Shown piece by piece: positions 1 to 9,713 of a DNA stretch of 64,000 bases. The position numbers were made by a program, and so were the translations under genes. The stretch comes from Fimbriimonadales bacterium (lineage in GTDB: Bacteria; Armatimonadota; Fimbriimonadia; Fimbriimonadales; ATM1), in assembly GCA_041744215.1 (NCBI GenBank), contig JBGTLG010000026.1, positions 1 to 64,000 on the forward strand. The letters run 5' to 3'. The notes below the pieces were generated by a model that saw only the letters and a list, made by a program, of their open reading frames with translations, did no database searches and had not been told where the DNA came from. Numbering within the stretch: the stretch's first letter is position 1; every line of letters begins with the position of its first letter.

Positions 1-351
1 GCTGATCTAAGGCGAAGACACTTCGCACGCGACGACTTGAGACACCGCCAATCCCTCCGAATTTCAACCCTCAAAGCAAGAGCCGCAGCCACAGCTCAGA
101 AACAAACCCATTGCGACAGCCTTCTTGCCCCAGCCACCCCGACCAAACAATTCTTCCTTGTAGCCGACGTCACACCGATTGAGCAATCTGAGGTAAACCA
201 AGCTCCAGGCTGAATTGGAGCTGTCGAATGTCAACGAATTCACCCATGCCACCGACGACCGAAGGCTCTACCGGGCCACGCCCGCCGGTCAGGCGCGGGT
301 TGACGGCCGTAGCAGCGCAATACGAATGGTCGAGTGCAAAGATGTATCTGA

Positions 352-630
352 ATGGCGAAGTCGACTCGGATGGAGCTTTCGTCTCACGCGAACGTAGTCT
401 CAACAGGAGGACCAGTTGAGACATCTGAGGCTAAGTTTATATGTATGACGATGTTTCGAATGTCGTTTCGTGCAGCAGTGGAACAGATGATTGACGGGCG
501 GGTGGCCCGCCGCATCATGCCCGGCAATTCTGGCGCGTCAGACCCTCTCCACAGGGGCCCTTACGCCGTAGTGTTCTCAGGGAAAGGCAAGCCCATTCGC
601 ATACCTCTGGCAGGAAATCCGGCATTATAG
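352..630 (+). CDS. Hypothetical protein, possibly an orphan polymorphic-toxin C-terminal fragment
   Basis: 92-aa ORF ending RIMPGNSGASDPLHRGPY...RIPLAGNPAL, 19 nt upstream of an acidic small ORF; start uncertain. Confidence 0.3.
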   Translation: MAKSTRMELSSHANVVSTGGPVETSEAKFICMTMFRMSFRAAVEQMIDGRVARRIMPGNSGASDPLHRGPYAVVFSGKGKPIRIPLAGNPAL

Positions 631-649
631 GTAAAAAAGGTGATCAGCT

Positions 650-1012
650 ATGGCTTCGGGCTTCAGCGAAACGGAAAGAGAACTCCTGGAAATGGCATTC
701 GAGGACAGATACGGTCTATTCGAGTACGCGAACTCAAACTTTCCTGAGGACGCTGCAAGGATTCCGGCTGCATTGATCGCTCTTCGTGGATTGATTCAAA
801 GGGGATGGGTGACATTAGTGCGCTTCAAGCACATTCCAGAAGCAGAAGAGCTGATAGATGACGGAGCAGTCGATGCAATCCTCGCCGACCCGCGAGCGTG
901 GGCACTACCAGCAGAACTATCAGAATGGACAGTGGGATTCTATGCCACACCAGATGGAATAGAAGCAATGAACCGGATATGGGCAGAAGAGAAACAGCAG
1001 CCGTTGCAATGA
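650..1012 (+). CDS. Hypothetical acidic protein (possible immunity protein)
   Basis: 120-aa ATG ORF with AAGGTG SD-like element; D/E- and aromatic-rich. Confidence 0.6.
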   Translation: MASGFSETERELLEMAFEDRYGLFEYANSNFPEDAARIPAALIALRGLIQRGWVTLVRFKHIPEAEELIDDGAVDAILADPRAWALPAELSEWTVGFYATPDGIEAMNRIWAEEKQQPLQ

Positions 1013-1077
1013 AACGCAGCCAGCGCTAAAGGCCGTAGCGCTTCCCGCGGCAACCAAACCACTCCGCGAGCAGACTT

Positions 1078-1764
1078 TTAATCGAGGTTCGCTTGCCACG
1101 CCTCAGCAGACCGCACTTCGATAGCCTCGCCATCGCAAATCGCGTGCAGCTGTCCTTCATCGCCAACGCCGATGCTCTTGCAAACTCGGCCGTCTGGAAG
1201 TTGGTATGCCTTGCCCGCTGAGGAATCGCGAGCCGACCACAAGTCGCGAAGCGCAGCGAAGGAACTTGGCTTCGGGAGCCTGTCGAGTTTTTCCAAAATG
1301 CTCTCTGCCAACTCGAACGGATCGGGGATCTCGCGATCCGCAAGAAGCAGAGATGTTGCGCGGTCTGCAATCTCAGAGGGGAAGTCGGCGACCGTGAGGT
1401 TTGCGCCAATCCCGATGACCGCATACTTCTCCCGTGTTGGCGACGCTGCGGTTTCTGCGATCACGCCGCCTAACTTCTTGCCGCCAAGCGAGAGATCGTT
1501 TGGCCACTGCAAGTCGCAATCGAGAACCTTGGCCGCAGCGATCGCTGCCCACATGCCGACTAACTCTGCTCGCAAACCTGCGAGCGGTGTCCAAAAGGAG
1601 AACGCCAAGCATGAGCCTTTTGGGCTGAACCAACTTCGGCCGTGCCGTCCGTGCCCGTGCGTCTGCTCCAAAGCTGCGATGCCGCGAAAGGAGAAATCGC
1701 CAGCGCGAATTCTCTCGATCAACTCCGACTGTGTCGAGCCGACGGTTTCGAGCCGCAGGATCAT
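1078..1764 (-). CDS. birA: Biotin--[acetyl-CoA carboxylase] ligase (no N-terminal HTH)
   Basis: STQ, QTHGHGRHGRSWFSP, WPNDL, KKLGGVIAE and IGIGAN motifs. Confidence 0.92.
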   Translation of the reverse strand: MILRLETVGSTQSELIERIRAGDFSFRGIAALEQTHGHGRHGRSWFSPKGSCLAFSFWTPLAGLRAELVGMWAAIAAAKVLDCDLQWPNDLSLGGKKLGGVIAETAASPTREKYAVIGIGANLTVADFPSEIADRATSLLLADREIPDPFELAESILEKLDRLPKPSSFAALRDLWSARDSSAGKAYQLPDGRVCKSIGVGDEGQLHAICDGEAIEVRSAEAWQANLD

Positions 1765-2615
1765 CGAAACTCGAGATGAAAGGGAATCGCGGGCGCAGAG
1801 TGCGTCAGCATGCCAACGCTGATAAAGTCGATTCCTGTCGTCGCGTACTCTTTGACGTTATCGAGGTTTACTCCGCCGCTGACCTCGAGAAGCGCGCGCC
1901 CCTGCACGATGCTCACTGCGTCCTTGACTTCGCCGAGCAGCATGTTGTCGAGCATGATGATGTCCGCGCCGCAAGATAGCGCTCGGTCCACCTGGGCCAC
2001 TGTTGCGCATTCGACCTCGATTTTCATCGAGTGCGGCCCTTGCGACCGCACTCTGGTTACCGCTTCGACGATCCCGCCCGCAGCGCGGATGTGGTTGTCT
2101 TTCACCAGAATTCCATCGGAGAGGTTGAATCTGTGGTTGTGCCCTCCGCCGCAGCGAACGGCGTATTTCTCGACGTATCTGAGCCCTGGCAGCGTCTTTC
2201 GTGTGTCGAGGATTCGGACCTTCGTCCCTTTCACGGCGGCAACGAACTTAGCGGTCACCGTCGCGATCCCGGTTAGGTGCATCAGGAAGTTGAGCGCAGT
2301 TCGCTCTCTCTGGAGCAGTTCGCGGGTGTTGAGTCTCCCGACGTAGATCTGGTCGCTGGGGTAAACGCGGTCGCCGTCGCTCATGTGGTGCTCGGCGTAT
2401 TCGTCCTCGTCAGCGCCCACTGGCGGGGCGAGGAGGTCTTGGACGATTCCGAGCCCACAGACGACACCCTCTGCCTGGGCCTCGATGTAGAAGTCGGATT
2501 TGAGGTCATCTGGGACGGCAAAGCGGGTCACGTCGCCGAGCCCGAGGTCTTCGATGAGCGCGGCATCGACGAGTTCAGGCCAGCCGATCGGCTCATCCCC
2601 GAGGAATGGTTCCAC
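1761..2615 (-). CDS. nadC: Nicotinate-nucleotide diphosphorylase (carboxylating)
   Basis: ERTALNF, DTRKTLPG, NHRFNLSDGILVKDNH, IEVEC, MLDNM, SGGV. Confidence 0.96.
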   Translation of the reverse strand: MEPFLGDEPIGWPELVDAALIEDLGLGDVTRFAVPDDLKSDFYIEAQAEGVVCGLGIVQDLLAPPVGADEDEYAEHHMSDGDRVYPSDQIYVGRLNTRELLQRERTALNFLMHLTGIATVTAKFVAAVKGTKVRILDTRKTLPGLRYVEKYAVRCGGGHNHRFNLSDGILVKDNHIRAAGGIVEAVTRVRSQGPHSMKIEVECATVAQVDRALSCGADIIMLDNMLLGEVKDAVSIVQGRALLEVSGGVNLDNVKEYATTGIDFISVGMLTHSAPAIPFHLEFR

Positions 2616-2717
2616 GAGGTGAAGGATAGCCTATCCGGGCGGGGCGACGATAACCCCGCCGGGCCCAGGAGGGGGCGCCCAATCGGCGATCCATCCCGCA
2701 GATGGTGCGCTTCGGAC

Positions 2718-3254
2718 TCACACCTCCATGCACTCTATGGGGAGTTCGTCTGCCGCAAAGTACTCGAGGTCGTAGCCGTAGATGTGCTCGACACCGCGAT
2801 ACTGAAAGCCGAGTTTCCGTATCACGTTGATCGAGGCGGCGTTGTCGGCAAGCGCTACTGCCGCGATGCGAGGGAGGCCGACGACTTCGAATCCATGCCG
2901 GACTGCGCCGCGTGCGGCTTCGGTTGCGTAGCCGTTTCCCCACTCCGCGCGGCGGAGGTGATAGCCAACTTCATTTTCGTCGCGCCGGTCGAGCTGCTTG
3001 AGCAGAATCGCTCCGACGATGCGGTCATCTTCTTTCGCCTGCAAACACCAATAGCCGAGACCCGGCGTCTTTGCGTCGCGATCAAGAATCCGCTCGATTG
3101 TTTGCGTTGTTTTCTCGAGGCTTCGATCTTCGCCTTTCGCTGCGCCGAGGTAGCGGATCACTTCAGGGTCGCTGTACATCTCATGGACTTCGGGCGAGTC
3201 GTCGATTGTCCACTTTCGTGCAACGAGGCGCGGCGTAGCGAAAATGATCTCCAT
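2718..3254 (-). CDS. GNAT family N-acetyltransferase (RimJ/RimL-like)
   Basis: TPRL, EVGYHL..WGNGYATEAA, NAASINVIRKLGF; start set at ATG 3254. Confidence 0.88.
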   Translation of the reverse strand: MEIIFATPRLVARKWTIDDSPEVHEMYSDPEVIRYLGAAKGEDRSLEKTTQTIERILDRDAKTPGLGYWCLQAKEDDRIVGAILLKQLDRRDENEVGYHLRRAEWGNGYATEAARGAVRHGFEVVGLPRIAAVALADNAASINVIRKLGFQYRGVEHIYGYDLEYFAADELPIECMEV

Positions 3255-3369
3255 CCGGTGATGGGTTACTGTGGATGGCTCCCCTTGGGTTCCGGCTTTG
3301 CAGTTGTCGCCTCTGGGTCTGGGTCTTGCGGAGGAATTCTTTTGGGCACCGGCGAATCTGTTGTCAGAC

Positions 3370-4893
3370 ATGATTGCAAAGGTGAGGACGGCGGTCCTGC
3401 ACGGCATCGACGCCGTCGAGGTCACCGTTGAGACGAGCGTGTATGGCGGCTCGCCCTACTTTGCGCTTGTTGGTCTGCCAGACGCGGCAGTCAAGGAGAG
3501 CGGGGAAAGGGTCAAAAGTGCGATTCGGGACTCGTCATATGAGTTTCCACCGCGCAATATCATCATCAGCCTTGCGCCGGCCGACTTAAGGAAGGAGGGG
3601 CCGGCATTAGACTTGCCGATTGCGGTCGCCATTCTTGGAGCCAGCGGACAAGTGCCCATGGACGCTTTTGAGGAGACGATGGTTGCTGGTGAGCTGGGTC
3701 TCGATGGGTTGATTCGCCCGATCCCCGGCGCGGTCAACATGGCTCTGTATTGTCAGGCGCACGGGATCAAGCGGGTGATTCTGCCAGAAGAGAGCGCGCC
3801 CGAAGCGACTGTCGCGACAGATGTGGATGTTTTCGCGGTTTCACACCTGCGCGATGTTGTCGACATACTCCAAGACCCCGGTGTGCGCGACCCGTTGCCG
3901 AGAGGCGACTTTGCCAATGCAAGGCGACCTGAATACGACACGGACTTCAGCGACGTCAAAGGGCAAGGGCTCGCAAAGCGCGCTTTGGAGATCTCTGCTG
4001 CGGGTGGACACAACGTGATCATGGTTGGCAGTCCTGGCAGCGGCAAGACGATGCTTGCTCGAAGATTGCCGACGATCCTTCCGCCGCTGTCGACTGAGGA
4101 AGCGATCGAGGTTACGCGCATCTACTCCAGCGCAGGCATGATGGGCGGACGAAAAGGTTTGATTTGGGAGCGGCCGTTTCGTTCACCGCATCATTCTGCA
4201 AGTCATGCAGCGATCGTGGGTGGCGGGAAGTTTCCGCGCCCTGGACAAGTGAGCTTGGCGCACCACGGCGTTTTGTTCTTAGATGAGATGCCGGAGTTTG
4301 ATCGCAACGTGCTCGAGGGCTTGAGGCAGCCGCTCGAAGACGGCGTTGTTTCGGTCGCACGCGTGCAAGCGTCACTCGATTTTCCGGCGGAGCTGATCTT
4401 AATCGGCGCGATGAATCCGTGTCCGTGCGGTTACCATGGTGACCGGGAGAAAAAGTGTATGTGCTCACCGGAAGCAATTCGCCGATACATGGGGCGAATC
4501 TCAGGTCCGCTCATTGATCGAATCGACCTATACATCGATGTGCCGCGACTGACGCAGGACGAGTTGCTCTCTTCGAAGCCCGGCGAGCCGAGCGCTGCAG
4601 TTCTTGATCGCGTCATTCGAGCAAGAGAGCAACAGAGCAAGAGGCTGGGTGGCAGCAGGACGAACGCTAAGATCACAACCAAGGAACTGCGCGAATTGGT
4701 CCCGATGACCGACTCGCAAAAAGAGATCATGCGCAGCACGGCATCGCGCATGAACATCTCAGCGCGCGTGTTTGATCGACTGCTTAAAGTTTCGCGAACA
4801 ATTGCAGATTTAGAAGGTTGCGACACGATTGAGGATAAGCATTTGATGGAAGCCGTTCAATATCGAGAGCGGTACGGACTCAGCGGCGCGTGA
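3370..4893 (+). CDS. comM: YifB/ComM Mg-chelatase-like AAA+ ATPase
   Basis: VGLPDAAVKES, GSPGSGKT, PFRSPHH, LAHHGVLFLDE, MNPCPCG, SGPLIDRID. Confidence 0.95.
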   Translation: MIAKVRTAVLHGIDAVEVTVETSVYGGSPYFALVGLPDAAVKESGERVKSAIRDSSYEFPPRNIIISLAPADLRKEGPALDLPIAVAILGASGQVPMDAFEETMVAGELGLDGLIRPIPGAVNMALYCQAHGIKRVILPEESAPEATVATDVDVFAVSHLRDVVDILQDPGVRDPLPRGDFANARRPEYDTDFSDVKGQGLAKRALEISAAGGHNVIMVGSPGSGKTMLARRLPTILPPLSTEEAIEVTRIYSSAGMMGGRKGLIWERPFRSPHHSASHAAIVGGGKFPRPGQVSLAHHGVLFLDEMPEFDRNVLEGLRQPLEDGVVSVARVQASLDFPAELILIGAMNPCPCGYHGDREKKCMCSPEAIRRYMGRISGPLIDRIDLYIDVPRLTQDELLSSKPGEPSAAVLDRVIRAREQQSKRLGGSRTNAKITTKELRELVPMTDSQKEIMRSTASRMNISARVFDRLLKVSRTIADLEGCDTIEDKHLMEAVQYRERYGLSGA

Positions 4894-4905
4894 AAGGTAC
4901 GCTCT

Positions 4906-5883
4906 TTGTCTATGGTAAGAATCGTCGGCGACCCGCTTCCGAGCATTCCGTGGGAAGAGCGCGCGTCGCATTGCGAAGAATTGGTTTGGAGGTACTCAGC
5001 AAATCCGATCATTGAGAGGAATGCGATTCCGGGAAGCAACAGCATTTTCAACAGCGCGGCTGTTCCGTATGGAGACGGGTTCGCGGGTGTTTTTCGCTGC
5101 GATAGCAAGCGACGTGAGATGCGTCTGCACGCCGGGCTTAGCGATGATGGATTCTCGTGGGCGCTTTCGCCTGACCCAATCCAATGGAATCTGCCGGATG
5201 GAGTCGAGTATCCGGAGTACGGCTACGATCCGCGCGTCGTCTTTCTAGAAGGTAAGTACTGGATTACGTGGTGCAACGGTTTTCATGGTCCTTGCATCGG
5301 AATGGGCTGGACTGAGGATTTCTGCAGTTTTCACCTGCTTGAAAACGCGCTGATGCCTTACAATCGAAACGGCGTGCTGTTTCCACGGAAAATCGGTGGG
5401 CGATACATGATGCTCAGCCGGCCGAGCGATAATGGACACACTCCGTTTGGCGAAATCTTCTTGTCGCAAAGCGATGATCTGGTGCACTGGGGACGACATC
5501 GATGGGTGATGCGCGGTGAAATGCCTTGGGAGTCGACAAAAATCGGCGCAGGTCCTGTGCCGATTGAAACGACGGAGGGATGGCTGCTGTTTTATCACGG
5601 TGTGCTCACTTCGTGCAGTGGTTTTGTGTATCACTTTGGCGCAGCATTGCTCGACTTAGATCAGCCTTGGACCGTGATCGGGCGGACGAGTGATTATCTG
5701 CTTTCTGCGCAGGCGCCGTATGAGCAAATCGGTGACGTGCCGAATGTCGTCTTTCCTTGCGCGGCGCTCGCCGATCCTGCGACAGGGCGCATCGCGATCT
5801 ACTATGGCGGGGCGGACACGGTGACCTGTTTGGCGTTTTGCCAAGCGGAAGAGATCGTCGAACTCTGTCGGATCGGGACATAA
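4906..5883 (+). CDS. Glycoside hydrolase family 130 protein (beta-mannoside phosphorylase-like)
   Basis: SIFNSAAVP, YDPRV, NRNGVLFPRKI, KIGAGPVP, GDVPNVVFP, IYYGGADT. Confidence 0.92.
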   Translation: MSMVRIVGDPLPSIPWEERASHCEELVWRYSANPIIERNAIPGSNSIFNSAAVPYGDGFAGVFRCDSKRREMRLHAGLSDDGFSWALSPDPIQWNLPDGVEYPEYGYDPRVVFLEGKYWITWCNGFHGPCIGMGWTEDFCSFHLLENALMPYNRNGVLFPRKIGGRYMMLSRPSDNGHTPFGEIFLSQSDDLVHWGRHRWVMRGEMPWESTKIGAGPVPIETTEGWLLFYHGVLTSCSGFVYHFGAALLDLDQPWTVIGRTSDYLLSAQAPYEQIGDVPNVVFPCAALADPATGRIAIYYGGADTVTCLAFCQAEEIVELCRIGT

Positions 5884-5892
5884 TGATGCAAC

Positions 5893-6252
5893 ATGTTTAG
5901 CTTTTTGCTTACTGGTGCTATTCGTCGTGCTGACGAGTTCGAGCCTGGGTCGACGGCAACGCCGCATCCTGGCACGAACCTCAAATCGACCGAGTTCCGC
6001 ATTGCTGACGAAAAAATCGAAGCGTTGCGCTTGGCGTGCGCTGCAATGTGGAGTCTTGTGAAGGAAAAGCACGGCGCTACCGACCAAGATCTGATGGACC
6101 GAATCTTGGAACTTGACGCCGCGGACGGCAAACTCGACGGCAGGGTATCAGCCAGTCCGAACTGCTTGCAATGCGGTCACAGGATGTTGATGCGAGCGAG
6201 AGCGATCTGCGTGTGGTGCGGCGCGGAAACAAAGACTGCGGGGCCATTTTGA
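5893..6252 (+). CDS. Hypothetical protein with C-terminal zinc ribbon
   Basis: Helical core ending LDAADGKLDG, then CLQC...CVWCG; stop overlaps the next start. Confidence 0.65.
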   Translation: MFSFLLTGAIRRADEFEPGSTATPHPGTNLKSTEFRIADEKIEALRLACAAMWSLVKEKHGATDQDLMDRILELDAADGKLDGRVSASPNCLQCGHRMLMRARAICVWCGAETKTAGPF

Positions 6253-6641
6253 TGCCAAGCGTCGACATGATAGGGATCGTCGCAAGCAACCTTCAAGATT
6301 CCATTCGGTTCTATCGAATGCTGGGAGTTGATTTCCCTGAGCCTGAAGCTGGCAGCCCGTATGTAGAAGCGAAGCTGCCAAGTGGACTGCGGGTTTCGCT
6401 GAACGAACAGGAAATGATGAAGAGCGTGCTTCCGCACTGGGAGGAGCCGAAGGGGCACCGAATCGGGCTAGCGTTCTTGTGCAGCGGTCCCGAGGATGTC
6501 GACAAAGTTCATTCACAGATTGTGGCTGCGGGTTTTGAAAGCGCGAAGGAACCATGGGACGCGGTATGGGGTCAGCGCTATGCGCTCCTTTATGATCCTG
6601 ACAGGAACATCGTCGATCTCTTTGCTCCGCTGACGGATTAA
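6252..6641 (+). CDS. VOC/glyoxalase family protein
   Basis: SIRFYRMLG, EPWDAVWGQRYA..DPDRNIVDLF. Confidence 0.9.
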   Translation: MPSVDMIGIVASNLQDSIRFYRMLGVDFPEPEAGSPYVEAKLPSGLRVSLNEQEMMKSVLPHWEEPKGHRIGLAFLCSGPEDVDKVHSQIVAAGFESAKEPWDAVWGQRYALLYDPDRNIVDLFAPLTD

Positions 6642-7141
6642 GGGAGCGGCCACTCACGCACCACGACGTATTTGTGATCAGCTCCAAACTGAAGTGAGTT
6701 GATGAGCGTTACTTTGTCGACGTTCCACTCTATGGGCTCGAACTTCACTCGTGGCAATTCAACCGGTTGATTGAAACGAGCGATCGTAAGGTGTGGTTGA
6801 TCGATCGGGTGCATCGGGTCGGAAAGACGCTGCAGAATTCCGCTGAGTTCTTCATTCTCCTCGGGTTTCAGAAAGAGCACACGCTTCAAGCGCGACGCCG
6901 GAAATCCGCCGAGCTCCACGAGGCGAAGCGTGAACGCACTTGCGCGTGCTATCGCGGTTTCCGTCATTCGGATGCAATCGTCTTGACGAAACTCGTCTCC
7001 AAAGAACTTCAGCGTGATATGCATTCGGTCCGCTGTGACCCACGCGCCTTTCTGCTTGATGTCTCTGTGGGCCCGGGCCGCGATGGACTCTGCAGCCTCA
7101 AGCACTTGCTCCGGTGGCACCAGCGCTGCGAACAGTCTCAT
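6638..7141 (-). CDS. thpR: RNA 2',3'-cyclic phosphodiesterase (2H family)
   Basis: MRLFAAL start; two HxT motifs, HITLKFFG and PHLTIAR. Confidence 0.9.
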   Translation of the reverse strand: MRLFAALVPPEQVLEAAESIAARAHRDIKQKGAWVTADRMHITLKFFGDEFRQDDCIRMTETAIARASAFTLRLVELGGFPASRLKRVLFLKPEENEELSGILQRLSDPMHPIDQPHLTIARFNQPVELPRVKFEPIEWNVDKVTLINSLQFGADHKYVVVREWPLP

Positions 7142-7200
7142 GGCGCTATTTTGTCCCGAGTCCTTTACCCATCGTTCGCTATTGCGTCAAACTACAGGGC

Positions 7201-7695
7201 ATGCTTGCTCACGTAGCTCTCTTCAGCCTTCTGCTCGCGCCGCAAGCGGAGGTCGACAATCCTTTGCCTCCCGGCACTGCAATCGAGTTTGCCGCTCAAA
7301 CCATGACGGGCAACAGCGTTAGTTCGAACACGCTCAAGGGAGCGGCGTGTGTCATTCTCGTTTGGGGGGCTTGGTCGCAACCGTCCGTGCGTACATTAGA
7401 CTTGGCGCGCGAACTTCGTGTAGGTGGCCGCAAGATTCGGTTCATCGCTCTCGCGAGTTGGGACACCAAAGATGCTGTGGCCGCTGCGCTGGAGACAGAC
7501 AAGTCTGGGGCAGAAGTGTGGTGGGATCCGGCAGGCCGCGACAGACAAGATTCCATCGCGACAAAGGTGTTTAAGACACGGCGGTTCCCAACGATCTACG
7601 TAATGAACTCGTCAATGCTTGTGTTGAAGGGCTTCGTCGGATATCGCGCAACGGATCGAGATGCGCTTTTTGCGGCGATCGACTCAGCTGAGTAA
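7201..7695 (+). CDS. Exported TlpA/redoxin-fold protein with SxxS in place of CxxC
   Basis: Signal-like N-terminus, LVWGAWSQPS, FPTIYV cis-Pro loop. Confidence 0.75.
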   Translation: MLAHVALFSLLLAPQAEVDNPLPPGTAIEFAAQTMTGNSVSSNTLKGAACVILVWGAWSQPSVRTLDLARELRVGGRKIRFIALASWDTKDAVAAALETDKSGAEVWWDPAGRDRQDSIATKVFKTRRFPTIYVMNSSMLVLKGFVGYRATDRDALFAAIDSAE

Positions 7696-8826
7696 CTACC
7701 GGCCGAGCGGGTTCACAGGCCTTCCGTTCATCCGAACTTCCCAGTGCAGGTGCGGTCCCGTGCTGTACCCTGTCGATCCTACGGCTGCAATCGTCTTGCC
7801 CTGTGTTACGCTCTGACCCTGGCTCACGTACAGTTTGGAAGCGTGCGCGTAGAGGGTTGATAGTCCGCCACCGTGGTCAATGATCACGCAGTTGCCATAT
7901 CCACCTCTCCAGCCGGCGAAGATCACTCTGCCGGGGGCTGCAGCCCTGATTGGATCGCCTGTGCGGCCAGCGATGTCGACACCGTTATGCATCTTGTTGA
8001 CACCGGAGATCGGGTGTCGGCGCATCCCGAATCCGCTGCCAACTCTGCCGGGGACTGGCTGCATGAGTCGCCCTCGATAGATGGGCACATTGCTGCCGCC
8101 CGCCGCGTAGTATCTGGCCAGCTCGGCCTCGACCTTTCGGCTCTCTTTCTCAACCTCGTCGAGTTCGTGCTCAAGCTTCGCCTTGTCGCGGTTCAGCTCA
8201 GCCAGTAGGCTCTTCTTTCGTGAAATCGCACGGTCAAGCTGCTGCTTTTCGCTAACTTGCCTCTGCTTCAGCGACGAGATTCTCTTGACGACCTGATCCG
8301 CGGCGATCTTCTGTTCCGCGATGGTCTGTCTTGCTTCGCGGAGTTCGTGCACGACCGCTCGGTCTCGCTTGGCCATGAGCTCCATCACGAAAGCTCGCTC
8401 GGCGATGTCGGAGAAGGTTTCGGAGCCCGCTAGAATCGACATCGGCGTCGGGTCCCCTTGAAGGTAGTTTGCAAGCAGGCGATCCCCAATCTCGTTTTGG
8501 CAGGACTTGATCTTTTCCTCGGCTTTCCTCAACTTCGCAGCAATCTGGTTCTGCTCGCTTTGGGCCGCCGTCAATTTGGCGTTGGTTTCGCGGACTCGGT
8601 CCTGGGCGGCGTCGAGATCGGAGTCGATCTCCCGGATGTCCTCCATGACCGCACCGGCTTCGCGCCGTTTGACCTGAATCTCTTTGCGAATCTCAGCCGC
8701 TTGCTTCTGAGCGGCCGCTCGTTTCTGCTCGAGCGCCTTCTGACTTGGCTTCGACGTCTGTCCCACGGCGAACACCGCAAGGCTCAGCGTGAGCAGGCCG
8801 ACGAGTGCGTATCCAAGGTTCCTCAT
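7696..8826 (-). CDS. EnvC-like coiled-coil M23 peptidase family protein
   Basis: Signal peptide, long coiled coil, HNGVDI, YAH, STGPHLHWEVR; downstream of ftsEX. Confidence 0.9.
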   Translation of the reverse strand: MRNLGYALVGLLTLSLAVFAVGQTSKPSQKALEQKRAAAQKQAAEIRKEIQVKRREAGAVMEDIREIDSDLDAAQDRVRETNAKLTAAQSEQNQIAAKLRKAEEKIKSCQNEIGDRLLANYLQGDPTPMSILAGSETFSDIAERAFVMELMAKRDRAVVHELREARQTIAEQKIAADQVVKRISSLKQRQVSEKQQLDRAISRKKSLLAELNRDKAKLEHELDEVEKESRKVEAELARYYAAGGSNVPIYRGRLMQPVPGRVGSGFGMRRHPISGVNKMHNGVDIAGRTGDPIRAAAPGRVIFAGWRGGYGNCVIIDHGGGLSTLYAHASKLYVSQGQSVTQGKTIAAVGSTGYSTGPHLHWEVRMNGRPVNPLGR

Positions 8827-9713
8827 GCTCCCAGCCTCAAGTACTTCCGTACGGAGAGTGCGGCGGAGAGGATACCTAAACTTGCCCCGAGAACCAGGAG
8901 CGTCAAGATCACCGGGACTGCAGGAAACCCCATCTCCGCCGAGCGCCCGAGACCCAGCCAGTTGATCGATTGGCTCGCAATGTACGCCGAAATGCCCCAC
9001 AGCAGAAGTCCCGCGATCAGCCCGCCAAATGCTCCCTGGAAGCCGCCTTCTAAGAGGAACGGCCAGCGAATCGTCGCTCGGCTCGCGCCGACGAGCGCCA
9101 TGATCCGCAGTTCGTTGCGCCTCGACATAACGGTCAGCCGAACCGTGTTATAGATCAGAGTTCCCGCGGCGAAGAAGCTGAGGACGATCAGGATGCCGCC
9201 AACAAGGCGCACCAGCCCGAGGAGCCCGATCGCCAGCTCACGATCCTTGATGGCGTCTCGCACCCCGTGCTCTTGCAAAACGTTAGGGTGCTCAAGAAGC
9301 GCGGCTTTGACGCGGTCGGCATCCTCCAGTTTCTCGAGCCGAACGCGGAACTGATCGGGAAAGGGGTTTGGCTGGGTCGCGTACATCTCTGAGAGGTTCT
9401 GCTTCTCGACGTACTTTCTCCACTCCTCATCCCGGGGCAGCAGGACCACGTTGGCAACTCCCGGGATCGTGCGAAGCTCCTCCGCCATCTTGTGCTTCGG
9501 CCCGGCCGACAGTTCCCCGTCAATCGACACCGTCAGTTCAAACTCGCTTTGCAGCGATCCGAGGTACGTGACCAGCGAGAGGTAGGTGTGCCCAAGCCCG
9601 CCGAAGATGAGTAGCGCGATTGCCGCGGTGCTGATCGCCGAGACGGTCATCAGGCCGTTGCGCCGAAGAGCGACGACCGCCTCTTCGAGAATGAACTCGA
9701 TTCGGTCAAGCAC
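8823..9713 (-). CDS. ftsX: Cell division permease FtsX
   Basis: NPFPD, IYNTVRL..SRRNELRIMALVGA, PFLLEG. Confidence 0.92.
   Translation of the reverse strand: MLDRIEFILEEAVVALRRNGLMTVSAISTAAIALLIFGGLGHTYLSLVTYLGSLQSEFELTVSIDGELSAGPKHKMAEELRTIPGVANVVLLPRDEEWRKYVEKQNLSEMYATQPNPFPDQFRVRLEKLEDADRVKAALLEHPNVLQEHGVRDAIKDRELAIGLLGLVRLVGGILIVLSFFAAGTLIYNTVRLTVMSRRNELRIMALVGASRATIRWPFLLEGGFQGAFGGLIAGLLLWGISAYIASQSINWLGLGRSAEMGFPAVPVILTLLVLGASLGILSAALSVRKYLRLGA

Noticed and set aside
2277-3431. Long alternative ORFs such as 2277-3431, 11393-12466, 32881-33546 and 55544-56338
   Set aside because: Shadow frames antisense to or overlapping confidently identified genes in GC-rich DNA
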